From an uncultured virus (IMG/VR IMGVR_UViG_3300024283_000012) (taxonomy: Duplodnaviria; Heunggongvirae; Uroviricota; Caudoviricetes): DNA of 64,000 bases. Positions 19,784 to 29,766 of this stretch are shown one piece after another. The DNA lies in the IMG/VR virus record IMGVR_UViG_3300024283_000012; one strand, given 5' to 3'. A program made the translations under genes and the position numbers. Numbering within the stretch: position 1 is the stretch's first letter; each line of letters starts with the position of its first letter. A model generated the notes under the pieces. It was not told the DNA's origin. It did no database searches and was given only the letters and a program-made list of their open reading frames with translations.

Positions 19784-22700
19784 TGCTGACAGGCACGGCC
19801 GATATTTCAGAGATTGATCAGGACCAGTCGGCTACCCCTCCGCCTAAAACACAGACAGCAACAGTTGACGATATTGACACTGCATCAGTGAAAGACCCGA
19901 AAGAACTGGTGCGGCGATATGCTCCTGATTACGGTATCGACCCTGATCTAGCGGAAAAGCTCGCCGACAGAGAATCGATTCACTTTCGCCCTGATGTTGT
20001 TTCTGGCAAGACACCATCGCCGCGTGGCGCAATTGGTACGATGCAGTTGATGCCAGACACCGCCAAAAGCCTGGGCGTCAATCCTTACGATTTACACGAC
20101 AACATCAGGGGCGGCCTTCAGTATCTCCGTAAGCAGATGGATGATTTCGGCGATCAACGATTGGCGCTTGCTGCCTATAATGCCGGGCCACAGGCCGTCC
20201 GCGACCATAAAGGAATCCCGCCATACAAAGAAACTCGCGATTACGTCGATGCTATCGCTGGTCCAGTACAAAAAGGTACAGCGACCGTCGATCAGATTGA
20301 CAGTCAGGCCCCGTCATCGGGTACGGCAACAGTCGATCAGATAGATACGCCTGCCCCGACCGTCAACGCAGGCGCTCCGAATCGTCCACTGTCAGCAGAT
20401 GAGCTGAAGGCGGCAGAGCCGTGGCGACAACAGCAGCCACTGACCGATTTTACAAACCTGCCAACATCGCCTGACGATAAGTTTCTCAAGGCCACAGCGC
20501 CCGTCACGGCGACGAATCGCGCCGAACAGTATGCAATGACCGCTGCAAACGCCAATCGACTAAAGGATGCGAATCAGGCAATGCCGGGTGTGCCGCTGGC
20601 AACGTTCAATCCGGTTGACGTGTCATTCGAAAACAACAAGCCCGGTGATCTGCGCAATGCTCTGTACAGTAAACTCGGCGTCGCTGATATTGCAAAAGAG
20701 TTGAAAGAGAAACACGGTGTTGACCTGCTTTCGTTCCCGGTGAAAGACCCTGTTACTGGCGAAACCAGACCCGCCACAGACGAAGAAATGGCGCGTTACG
20801 CCCAGCAGTCGCAAAGTGCATCCGTCGGCGGTCGCAATGTATTCGGGGCAACCGTGCCAATCAGTCCGGCAACTCTGATCGCCGCGAACGCATACAAGAC
20901 CGGCGGGATTGAGGGCTACAAAAAGGCTGTCGATTTATTGCAACAGCAATACGCCGATGCTCAAAAGCAAACGCAGAACATTACCCCTGAAGATCGCGCG
21001 CGCAGAGAGGCCGCGAATGTGCCCGGTCAGATTGCCGCCGGTGTCAACGAAGCCGCCGCAAAGAATGTTCAGTTCCTGAGAAACGCTGCGCATCTCGACC
21101 CGGCACTTGCCGGGATAATGGATCTGGGCGCTGACCCTGTACAGTTCCAGAAGAAACTCGAAGAGCAAGGATCAACCTCGGCAATGCGACAATTGCCAGC
21201 GCCGGAAACATTTGCACAGGGACTGGCCCGTCAGACTCCGGGAATGGCCGCCGATTTCTCGCGAATGGCAGCAGAGTCGTCTGGCCTTGGCCCGCTGGCT
21301 GCGCTTACAATTCCCGGTGATGTTGCAATCCAGAATCTTAATAAGCCAATCCACGAACAGTTGAAAGCGCAGTGGCAAAACCTGCCGATGACTGCGGCAT
21401 CACTTATTCCCGGTGGGCCGATGGCAAAGTCGCTCGCGCTTGGTCCGACAGCGGCAGCACAGACGCTGTACGAGGGTGGGTCTAATCAGCAGGCATTGTC
21501 ACAGGCTGCGTTAATGTCGCTCTTGCCTGTCCTGCACGGCAGCGAATCATCCGAAGAGGGCAACCGCATTATCGACGGGTTCGGCGACGCGAGACTGCAA
21601 AAGGCGCTGCTCGATTATGTCCAGAATCCGACGGCAGAAACGTCTGACCTGATTGATCAACATTTAGGTCAAATGGGCCTTGACCCGCGACAATCGCAGG
21701 AGTTTTTGAATAACCTGCGCATACGAATGAATCCGCAGAAAGCGGGGTCGGATGTTATAATCCGTCATCCGTTAGACCAGATACAGAGATCGGCGCCGGC
21801 TGGGGCTCGGGAAAACCTGCCTAACACGCAGGAGTCTACCACGGCGCCTGAGAGAATTAACTACCGGGCGCCTGGGCATCCGACAGGGGAAGCGAAGCCT
21901 GGCGCTGAACTGATGAGGGCCGACGTGAAGCAGCCGTGGGAGATGAGTCGCGACGAATTTTACAACAGCGGAAATGTCGGCTATCACGGTGGCGCAGATA
22001 TCGGACATGAAGGAATCTTAAAGCGCGGCTATCAAGGTGGGTCGAGAACCGGCCAGGATATGGGTGCTCTCTTCTTCACCGAAAGTCCGGATTACGCCGA
22101 AGGGTATAAAAAGCAGGGTGGCGCGGTTTACGAGCGTCTACATAATGACGAGAATATTTTTGATGCGAATAACCCTGAGCACCTTGCGCGGCTAAAAGAC
22201 GGCTTCCTGAAAGACTGGGAAGATGAATACGGCAGCAAAGAAGATGCGCTTCAGGATTACCAAAATGCTGTTAAATCGATCAAAGCTACAATGCAGCACG
22301 GCGCGGCTGACTGGGCAACGGCCAGCGGATACACCGATCAAATAGAAAAGGCTGGTTTTGACGGTGCCCGTTTTCTTGAGCGACCGGGGGAAATCAGCAA
22401 AACCGAACAAGGCTTTGAGGTATCAGGCAAGCCTGTTTATAGCGTTGGCATTTTTAAAGACACGCCCGTCTCGCGTAATCTGCACCACGATATAGTTGCC
22501 GATGCTCTCCGCGAAGGCAAACCCGTCCCGCCTGAAGTACTGGCAGATTACCCTGATCTGAAAAGAGAGCAATCAAATGCCCGAAATTTATCAGAAAATC
22601 AAACAGGAATATCTCAGCAAGGACAAGTCGGAGAAAACCGCGAAGTCAATCGCGGCGGCGACAACGGAAACTTACGGGTCGGCGAAGGACAAGGCGATGC

Positions 22701-25700
22701 TGGAACACGACGCCCAGGCAGCGCGGAAGAAGCCCAAAAGCTCATAGACGACTACGAAAATCATCTTGAGAGCCGAGGGATTGATCCGCTCAGCCTTTGG
22801 GACGCTGAATCAGTGCGTCAGCTTGGCGGAGAGCAAAATCTACCTGCTGGGCAGAGCGTTCAACCACTTGAACTCCAGCGGCTGTATCAGCAGCGTGACG
22901 CGCTGGGAGCGACCGAGTTACAGCGCAGTATTGATGGAATTTCAACGGAACTACGAAGAGCGGGCGTGCAAGAACATGATCTTCCCGATGTTTTGAAATC
23001 CATCGCCCTAGACCCGAACAGGACCGATGCGCTCGGTCAAAACAGCGCCTACGAGCATACGCAGAAACTGGCGCTTGGTGATCCGAAACATTTAGCCGAA
23101 GAGATTTATATCAAACTCGCGGCTAAGCGTGGGTTGGACGTAGAATTCAGCAGGACCACGGACGACATTATCCACCCTGATAAACAAACACTGGCCGATG
23201 CGCGAAATGCGGTCGTGGGCATACGAAAGTATTTTGAAGGTGGCGGCAAGTTCCTGCTTGCCGCGCCTGAGAGGAAACCCGAGCCTGGCACGCTCAGCGC
23301 CAGGAGCCCAGCACCCGAGAAACCCTATAGTTTCACCCACGAGCGTTTCGCCGGTGTACGTGAAGCCCCCGACCAGAGCGGCGTCCCCGATGGTAAGCTG
23401 CGAGTGCTCGATTCATTCAACGATGAGCATATTGTTCGCGATCCACGCGCCAGTAGAAGCGAAAGCGACACGAAGTTCGCCAGCAACAAAACGATTCTTG
23501 GCGCAATACGCGATCACGGCGGCATTAAGCCCAGCGATAATTTTAGTGGCGAGTTGCGGCAATTCACTAACAAGCAAAGCGGCACCACGGGAGTTGTCGG
23601 TAAATCTGGGCACTGGGACGCCGGGCAGATGGCATCGGTTTTGAATCAGGATGGATTTCGAGACTCAAACGGCGAAGAATTAACAGCCGACACGATGCTT
23701 GAGTTGATGGACCGCGAGCAGCGCGGCAATCCCGTCTACTCAAACGACCGAAGTCAGGCTATAATAGACAGACAACTGGACAAGGATTATGAGCAACACG
23801 TTCAAAGTGACGAAGCTGGTCCCGCTTTCAAGCAAGACTCCGCATATATCGACCGCGAGCTTGCCGACCCAGACTCCGAAATCGGCCGCGCCTTTGACGC
23901 CTTACTCGACACCGACAATCCAGAAGCCGCAGCCGACAGTTTCCGCAAGCGATCCCAGTACACCCTCTCGCCCGAAACAATCGATGAGGTCATTCAACGA
24001 GCTAACGCCGCAAGAGAAGACGGTATTCCGTTTGAAGACTTTCAGGAGAGCGGCGGCGAAAGCGGAAAATCAGCGCCAGAGCAATTCCGGGACGACATCA
24101 ACCGAGCCGAAGCCGCTGGTAAATTAGAAACCGAGAGGAACGCCGCAAAAGCCAAAGCCGCCAACGAAGCCGAACTATTGCGCGTCGGAATGAAGGGCGG
24201 CCGGGCGAATATCGAAGAAACGCAGCGACCTGCACCAAAAGACACGTTGACGCCTGACCTGTTTAATCCACAGGAAGATTTATTCAATAAAGGCAGTGAG
24301 ACCGGCGCTATTCGCCCCGAATTACTAAACGCTGTCGGCGTCGGATTACCGAAGCTGGTAGAAAAAGACGTGCTGCCGATCGGCGCAAAAGGTGTCGCCG
24401 CTTTCCGTTCCCTGTTCGATGATATCCGCAAGGTGTTCGCACCCGCTGGCCGCAGTCCCGAAGCCGGCAAAACCGCTGGTATTATTCGCGCGAACGCCGG
24501 TGAAATGGCACGTAAAGGCGACATAGCCGAAGCTGCGTTAAAAGGCGCTGGCAAAGAGTTGATGAAGCTACCAGAACAACAGCGATGGGATTTCGTCAAC
24601 CGCGTCGAGAATGGACTGAAGCAGCCGAACCCTGAGATGCAGGCAACCGCTGACGTGATGCGAAAACTGCTGGATGATCGCCGCGCAGAGGTCCAGGCGC
24701 TCGGGACTGGAAAGCTGCAGACTTACATCGAAGATTATTTTCCGCACATCTGGGAAGATCCCGCAAAGGCCAAAAGTCTCTTCGCCGAATTCTTCAGCAA
24801 GCGACCAATGGAAGGCTCAAAGGCATTCCTAAAGCAGCGAACTATCCCGACAATTGCCGATGGTATCGCGATGGGTCTGAAACCCGTTACGGACAATCCT
24901 GTCGATATGCTGCTGCTGAAAGCCCGCGAAATCGACCGATACGTAATGGCACAAAAGAGCCTGGCGGAGATGAAGCAGTCAAAGATTGCTCAGTATGTTC
25001 GCGCTGGCGATAAGCCACCGGACGGTTTCGTTGCGCTCGATGATCGCGTGGCGAAGGTCTATGGTGGCCCCGACTCAAAGCCACAGGGAGGCACGCTGAT
25101 TCGTGGTCAATACTATGCGCCTGAAGCTGCTGCGCGAGTGTTTAATAATTACCTCTCCCCAGGGCTTCGCGGTAAGCCGTGGTTTGATGCCTATCTCGCT
25201 GGCGGCAACATTCTCAATCAGGCACAGCTTGGATTATCGGCGTACCATCTGGGCTTTACTTCCGTTGATGCGATGGTGTCAAAGACCGCACTGGCGCTTC
25301 AGCAACTGGCATCCGGTAAATTCGTTGAAGGCGGAAAATCGTTACTGCGAACACCGATTGCGCCAGTCGAGAATCTCATTCGCGGCAGCAAGCTGCTAAA
25401 GGAATGGCAAGCACCAGGAACACAGAGCACCGAAGTCCAGCAACTGGCCGACGCCGCGATGAATGCTGGTGGTCGCGCAAAGATGCACAGTTTCTACGAT
25501 GCTCGCGTGACACAAAATATGGTCAACGCCTTTAAGGAAGGCAACGTAATCGGCGGTGTTTTGCGTGCTCCATTTGCCGCTGTCGAGCAGGCCGCGAAAC
25601 CGATTATGCAGTACATTGTCCCGCGTCAGAAGATGGGGATATTTGCCGATCTCGCAAAGCACGAAATGGAAAAGTTACCACCGGGCGCCTCCCGTGAAGA

Positions 25701-26790
25701 GTACAGGGCGGCAATGGCCCGTGCGTGGGATTCTGTCGACAACCGAATGGGTCAAATGGTCTATGACAATCTATTCTGGGATAAGACCGCCAAAGATTTG
25801 CTGATGGGTAGCGTCCGTTCTGTCGGATGGAACCTCGGAACATTCAGAGAGCTCGGCGGCGGTATCGCTGATTTCGGCAAGCAGGCCGTCGGAATCGCCC
25901 GTGGCAAGCGTCCTGAAGTCACACCACGAATGGCATACACCGTCGCGCTTCCGCTCGTTGTTGGGGCGCTGGGCGCGATTACGCAGTATCTATACACCGG
26001 CAAAGGACCGAAAGAACTGAAGGATTACTACTTCCCGCAGACCGGCAACCTGGACGAGAACGGCAGACCTGAGCGAGTCAACCTGCCATCGTACATGAAA
26101 GACGTTTACGCTTACAGCCAGCATCCGCTGCGGACGATGGAGCACAAGGCAAACCCGATCATTTCGTTAACGGCAGAGATGCTGGAAAACTCTGATTACT
26201 ACGGCACAAAGATTCGCAACGAAGACGATCCAAAGTTGAAGCAGTTGATGGATATAGTTAAGCACGTCGGGACTGCCGCTGTGCCGTTTGGTATTCGCGG
26301 AATGCAAAAAGAATACGAACGGTCGGGAAAGATCAATCCCCTGCCGCAGATAGGCATTACGCCCGCGCCAAGCGATGTTAACCAGACAGCAGCAGAGGCA
26401 AAACTGCACGAGATCATGCAGGAGAAGATGCCAGCCGGGACGCGAACACAGGCCGAAGCGGATAAAGCAAGGATGAAATCACAGTTGCGCCGCGATGTTC
26501 GAATGGGCAAAGACGTATCCGGTCAAATCAGCACGGCGGTAAAACAGGGACTGCTGACGCCTGACGAAGTTCGCAATATCCAAAAGGCCAAAACACAGAC
26601 AGCGCTACAATCGGAGTTTAAGAGCCTGTCGATACGCGATGCCCTGCGCGTGTGGGATCTGATGACACCCGACGAAAAGAGCAAGACCAAACAGGAATTG
26701 CAGATGAAGCAACGGTTGATTATGAAGGAGCCGGTATCAGAACGGCCAGCACTTCAGCAGCGGCTCAAGGCAGCGCTGGGCGCGAAGTAG
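19783..26790 (+). CDS. Giant polyvalent ejection protein: N-terminal lytic transglycosylase (SLT), putative ART-like domain, LPD38-like C-terminus
   Basis: 2335 aa; ADRES, GAIGTMQLMPDTA, ALAAYNAGP, PPYKETRDYV (SLT); GYHGG...GALFFTESPDYAEGY. Confidence 0.8.
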   Translation: MLTGTADISEIDQDQSATPPPKTQTATVDDIDTASVKDPKELVRRYAPDYGIDPDLAEKLADRESIHFRPDVVSGKTPSPRGAIGTMQLMPDTAKSLGVNPYDLHDNIRGGLQYLRKQMDDFGDQRLALAAYNAGPQAVRDHKGIPPYKETRDYVDAIAGPVQKGTATVDQIDSQAPSSGTATVDQIDTPAPTVNAGAPNRPLSADELKAAEPWRQQQPLTDFTNLPTSPDDKFLKATAPVTATNRAEQYAMTAANANRLKDANQAMPGVPLATFNPVDVSFENNKPGDLRNALYSKLGVADIAKELKEKHGVDLLSFPVKDPVTGETRPATDEEMARYAQQSQSASVGGRNVFGATVPISPATLIAANAYKTGGIEGYKKAVDLLQQQYADAQKQTQNITPEDRARREAANVPGQIAAGVNEAAAKNVQFLRNAAHLDPALAGIMDLGADPVQFQKKLEEQGSTSAMRQLPAPETFAQGLARQTPGMAADFSRMAAESSGLGPLAALTIPGDVAIQNLNKPIHEQLKAQWQNLPMTAASLIPGGPMAKSLALGPTAAAQTLYEGGSNQQALSQAALMSLLPVLHGSESSEEGNRIIDGFGDARLQKALLDYVQNPTAETSDLIDQHLGQMGLDPRQSQEFLNNLRIRMNPQKAGSDVIIRHPLDQIQRSAPAGARENLPNTQESTTAPERINYRAPGHPTGEAKPGAELMRADVKQPWEMSRDEFYNSGNVGYHGGADIGHEGILKRGYQGGSRTGQDMGALFFTESPDYAEGYKKQGGAVYERLHNDENIFDANNPEHLARLKDGFLKDWEDEYGSKEDALQDYQNAVKSIKATMQHGAADWATASGYTDQIEKAGFDGARFLERPGEISKTEQGFEVSGKPVYSVGIFKDTPVSRNLHHDIVADALREGKPVPPEVLADYPDLKREQSNARNLSENQTGISQQGQVGENREVNRGGDNGNLRVGEGQGDAGTRRPGSAEEAQKLIDDYENHLESRGIDPLSLWDAESVRQLGGEQNLPAGQSVQPLELQRLYQQRDALGATELQRSIDGISTELRRAGVQEHDLPDVLKSIALDPNRTDALGQNSAYEHTQKLALGDPKHLAEEIYIKLAAKRGLDVEFSRTTDDIIHPDKQTLADARNAVVGIRKYFEGGGKFLLAAPERKPEPGTLSARSPAPEKPYSFTHERFAGVREAPDQSGVPDGKLRVLDSFNDEHIVRDPRASRSESDTKFASNKTILGAIRDHGGIKPSDNFSGELRQFTNKQSGTTGVVGKSGHWDAGQMASVLNQDGFRDSNGEELTADTMLELMDREQRGNPVYSNDRSQAIIDRQLDKDYEQHVQSDEAGPAFKQDSAYIDRELADPDSEIGRAFDALLDTDNPEAAADSFRKRSQYTLSPETIDEVIQRANAAREDGIPFEDFQESGGESGKSAPEQFRDDINRAEAAGKLETERNAAKAKAANEAELLRVGMKGGRANIEETQRPAPKDTLTPDLFNPQEDLFNKGSETGAIRPELLNAVGVGLPKLVEKDVLPIGAKGVAAFRSLFDDIRKVFAPAGRSPEAGKTAGIIRANAGEMARKGDIAEAALKGAGKELMKLPEQQRWDFVNRVENGLKQPNPEMQATADVMRKLLDDRRAEVQALGTGKLQTYIEDYFPHIWEDPAKAKSLFAEFFSKRPMEGSKAFLKQRTIPTIADGIAMGLKPVTDNPVDMLLLKAREIDRYVMAQKSLAEMKQSKIAQYVRAGDKPPDGFVALDDRVAKVYGGPDSKPQGGTLIRGQYYAPEAAARVFNNYLSPGLRGKPWFDAYLAGGNILNQAQLGLSAYHLGFTSVDAMVSKTALALQQLASGKFVEGGKSLLRTPIAPVENLIRGSKLLKEWQAPGTQSTEVQQLADAAMNAGGRAKMHSFYDARVTQNMVNAFKEGNVIGGVLRAPFAAVEQAAKPIMQYIVPRQKMGIFADLAKHEMEKLPPGASREEYRAAMARAWDSVDNRMGQMVYDNLFWDKTAKDLLMGSVRSVGWNLGTFRELGGGIADFGKQAVGIARGKRPEVTPRMAYTVALPLVVGALGAITQYLYTGKGPKELKDYYFPQTGNLDENGRPERVNLPSYMKDVYAYSQHPLRTMEHKANPIISLTAEMLENSDYYGTKIRNEDDPKLKQLMDIVKHVGTAAVPFGIRGMQKEYERSGKINPLPQIGITPAPSDVNQTAAEAKLHEIMQEKMPAGTRTQAEADKARMKSQLRRDVRMGKDVSGQISTAVKQGLLTPDEVRNIQKAKTQTALQSEFKSLSIRDALRVWDLMTPDEKSKTKQELQMKQRLIMKEPVSERPALQQRLKAALGAK
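22577..22747 (+). CDS. Putative nested 56-aa basic protein in the +1 frame of the giant gene
   Basis: aaaagagag upstream; MPEIYQKIKQEYLSKDKSEKTAKSIAAATT...KKPKSS. Confidence 0.45.
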   Translation: MPEIYQKIKQEYLSKDKSEKTAKSIAAATTETYGSAKDKAMLEHDAQAARKKPKSS

Positions 26791-26839
26791 CCTCCCCTGC
26801 GCAGCTAGCCGTGCGGGGCTACGGGTGCCACTTCCCTGC

Positions 26840-27232
26840 TCACGCTGCCTCTGCCCGCTTCCCGATAATGCGATCCTCTGGGATCTCCTTCGTGTTCCAT
26901 TCGTCGCTTAGCATATGGTGATCTTGAACGGTATAGTAATATTCGTGCAGCGGCTGATGGCTGTTGTATTTCGCGCACACCGCAAGAAAACCGTCAATCC
27001 CTTTATCACCGTCGTTCAGCCACGATTTATAAGACGACAACGCCATAGCGGGCGCGACCGCTACCGCCAGCACGGAGTCGACATTGACTTCGCCTTCGCA
27101 GTCTTTAATCGCAATCCTGTCGCCGACGGCGTATTTCGGCTGCGGAAGCGGACTGTAGGTTTCGCAGAACTCGGCCTGTTTTGGGGTTTCGTAAACAGAT
27201 CCGCAAATCTCACATTTATAAACAGTCTTCAT
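26840..27232 (-). CDS. Hypothetical protein with N-terminal Zn finger
   Basis: YKCEICG...AEFCE; AAGGA RBS. Confidence 0.65.
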   Translation of the reverse strand: MKTVYKCEICGSVYETPKQAEFCETYSPLPQPKYAVGDRIAIKDCEGEVNVDSVLAVAVAPAMALSSYKSWLNDGDKGIDGFLAVCAKYNSHQPLHEYYYTVQDHHMLSDEWNTKEIPEDRIIGKRAEAA

Positions 27233-27264
27233 AATTCAAATTCCTTTACCGTTCGCCGATTATA

Positions 27265-28347
27265 TCACCCTTGCTGCCATTCTGGGATTGTCCAATTCCC
27301 TGTCGCGATACAATTCATCGTAGTTCGTTTCGTCTTATATGCGATCTCGCCCAGCACCGTGTCGGGGTACTCGCTCATGTCTTCCGCGTGCCTCAATATC
27401 GAATTCACCGCGTAGGCCAAACTGGACATTTTATGCTCTGGCGATTTGGTGACCGAATAACACAGGCCCAGCGTTATGTGAAACAGGTTCACGCGTGCAA
27501 TCTGCTCATACGCCTTCAGGTCACGTTCCTCTTTCCACGTCCCGCCATTGCTCAGTTGCTCAAACAGCTTGCGGACCTTTGCGAGCTTGTCGTCGGAAGG
27601 AACCGACGAAGATTGTGGCACTGGAAGATTATTCTTAGTATTAAATACATGTGGGCTAATTTCTAGTGGACTGGCCGACTGGATTTCATGATAACCATCC
27701 CCGTCGCTGATTGGTGGACTAGCTGACCCAGTGATTGGTCCACTGACCCGCCTGGACTTGATGCGCTTCGAAGTCGGATCGATTTCGATTCCCGCCACCT
27801 TCCGCGCTGCAAAGATTTCCTTTGGTCCGTAAACGTGATAGACGCCGCCATAAACATCGCCTTCCCTGAATCTGAAATCTATCGACAGTTTGCTTTCCAG
27901 TCCATGCACGGCCGTGCGGACAGTTTGTTTGCTCCGGATTCCCGTCTCGCGTAAAAGATCGCGCATCCTGAAATAAATATCATTGCGGCCAAAGCTGATC
28001 GTCTCGCGGTACAGAATCGAGTAAACAGCCTTCTCAGAATTGGTATGGGTTGAATCGAGCGTGACCCGGTGGGCTAGTGGACTAGCTTGCCCGGTGATCG
28101 GCGCACTGATTAACCCGGTGACTGGTGAGCTAGCTGACTCAGTGATTGGTGGACCTGCTGACCGACTGACTGGTTGACCAATTGGTGCACTGGCTGACTC
28201 GCTTGCTGGTGCGCTGGATGTGTCAGTGGGTGGCGCACCTATTGGTGGACTAACGACTGGACTAGGCTGGTTAAGCTCTTCATTGTCAATACCGGCAAGG
28301 ATAGAACCAAGGCCCATTTTCGGTTTCGCTGCCAATGGTTTGCTCAT
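27265..28347 (-). CDS. Winged-helix DNA-binding protein, putative plasmid-type replication/partition protein
   Basis: SEKAVYSILYRET...MRDLLRETGIRSKQTVRTAVHGLESK; internal DNA repeats; overlaps ATPase stop. Confidence 0.55.
   Translation of the reverse strand: MSKPLAAKPKMGLGSILAGIDNEELNQPSPVVSPPIGAPPTDTSSAPASESASAPIGQPVSRSAGPPITESASSPVTGLISAPITGQASPLAHRVTLDSTHTNSEKAVYSILYRETISFGRNDIYFRMRDLLRETGIRSKQTVRTAVHGLESKLSIDFRFREGDVYGGVYHVYGPKEIFAARKVAGIEIDPTSKRIKSRRVSGPITGSASPPISDGDGYHEIQSASPLEISPHVFNTKNNLPVPQSSSVPSDDKLAKVRKLFEQLSNGGTWKEERDLKAYEQIARVNLFHITLGLCYSVTKSPEHKMSSLAYAVNSILRHAEDMSEYPDTVLGEIAYKTKRTTMNCIATGNWTIPEWQQG
27664..28255. repeat. Degenerate 12/24-bp direct repeats in two clusters inside the wHTH gene
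   Basis: tggtggactagctgacccagtgat (27712), tggtgagctagctgactcagtgat (28123), further copies at 27664, 27736, 28075, 28099, 28147, 28183, 28207, 28243. Confidence 0.75.
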
Positions 28348-29141
28348 TGCAGCCTAGCCTCTTTCTCTGCGGACTCCACGATTTCCGGTGTAATCTCTTT
28401 CAGCTTGCGCAGTCGCATATACTCATACGCCATATCGCAAATCTTCAGAATCTCGCGGGGAACGCCGCCGCTAATGTCGTAGATGGATTGCAGCGCCTCT
28501 TCGGTGAAGGGAACTGGGATTTGTGCCAAGTCGCAGCGATGGCTAATCATCGATTGAGTTTCGCCCCAGGTGAGCGGATCCAGAATCGATGGTGCGAATA
28601 TTCGCGACCGGATAGCTTTCTGATCATCGGCAAGTAACCGGTCTCGAAGTTCGATTTGACCGGCTAAAACTATCTGAATCAGTTTGCTTTTGCTGGTTTC
28701 GAAGTTCAACAGGGAACGGACCTGCTCAAGCATCTTCGTAGTCAACCGCTGGGCTTCATCGATGAACACGGCGACATTGCGGTTTTCCTGATAGGCTGAC
28801 AGCAGATATTGCTCCAATGCCTTTTCCTGGTCGTACAGTGACCGCTTGGGGCTTATTTCGAGCTCGGCACAGATCGCCTTCAGGAACGCAAAATCACTGC
28901 TGAAATTGGCGGTCGGGATAAACACAGCCTGATAGTTTTCGCGGGCTGAATAATCGCTAAAGACAAGGCGCAGGACGCTTGATTTACCCATCCCTACGTC
29001 GCCCAGGATGCACGTTAGACCGCGTTTCCGGTCGATGGTGTACCTAATCTTATGAAGAGCGCCTTTTAGCGTCTCTGTGAGAAACAGGCTGACAGGGTTC
29101 GGCGAAGTAGAGAACGGCTCAATCGCTGGTTTTGCTGACAT
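28344..29141 (-). CDS. ExeA/GspA-family AAA+ ATPase
   Basis: PFSTSPNP, Walker A GDVGMGKS, Walker B VFIDEAQ, QIVLAGQIEL, SGGVPREI. Confidence 0.85.
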   Translation of the reverse strand: MSAKPAIEPFSTSPNPVSLFLTETLKGALHKIRYTIDRKRGLTCILGDVGMGKSSVLRLVFSDYSARENYQAVFIPTANFSSDFAFLKAICAELEISPKRSLYDQEKALEQYLLSAYQENRNVAVFIDEAQRLTTKMLEQVRSLLNFETSKSKLIQIVLAGQIELRDRLLADDQKAIRSRIFAPSILDPLTWGETQSMISHRCDLAQIPVPFTEEALQSIYDISGGVPREILKICDMAYEYMRLRKLKEITPEIVESAEKEARLQ

Positions 29142-29336
29142 ATTAAGGCAGATTCCTTTGATGCAATGGGAAATGATCGCCAATTCTGGCGAGTGACACG
29201 GGAATTCTGCCTAATTCGGTGTACGGGTGGGATAATAAGACATGTTTCGTGCGGTGCCAACAGGGAATTGCGCCTCCGCCCGCGCTGGTCGACTCGCGAG
29301 GCGTGGAACTGCGCTATGGCAATTCGGATAATACGA

Positions 29337-29714
29337 CTATTCCAGCCTAATAGCATCGGGGTCATTGGATGACGAGGCCAGAACCTCATGGTCGTGGTTG
29401 CCATCCCATCCAATAATAACACTGTGGATCTTCAGCCCTGAGTCTTCGAATATTTTTACGTCGCTAAGGAAAACAGCGTGTCCTTTACGTGGGCCGTCTT
29501 TGGGTGTGTAATAGACCACGAGGCAGGGAGTGTGCTTGTTGCCAAGCTTGAAAGACAGCGATCGGCCGTCCCCAACGTAGGTGAGTCCGAACCGTTTGCA
29601 GGCCTCCTGGATGTCAGGTACATCGGCCGGTGCAGGGATAAATGATAAGTCGGGGTTGACTGCGCCCTTGAACGCAAGACCGACCGCAAATGCCCTACGA
29701 AAACAATCGCTCAT
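29337..29714 (-). CDS. Hypothetical protein
   Basis: GGAGGGGG RBS; 125 aa. Confidence 0.6.
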   Translation of the reverse strand: MSDCFRRAFAVGLAFKGAVNPDLSFIPAPADVPDIQEACKRFGLTYVGDGRSLSFKLGNKHTPCLVVYYTPKDGPRKGHAVFLSDVKIFEDSGLKIHSVIIGWDGNHDHEVLASSSNDPDAIRLE

Positions 29715-29766
29715 ATCCCCCTCCGTCCTTTCGCATCGCCGCGTTACCCTGTCCGCTGGGTCGGGG

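Noticed and set aside
28344..29141. Type II secretion ExeA or transposon TnsC/TniB ATPase
   Set aside because: No secretion genes, peptidoglycan-binding tail or transposase nearby
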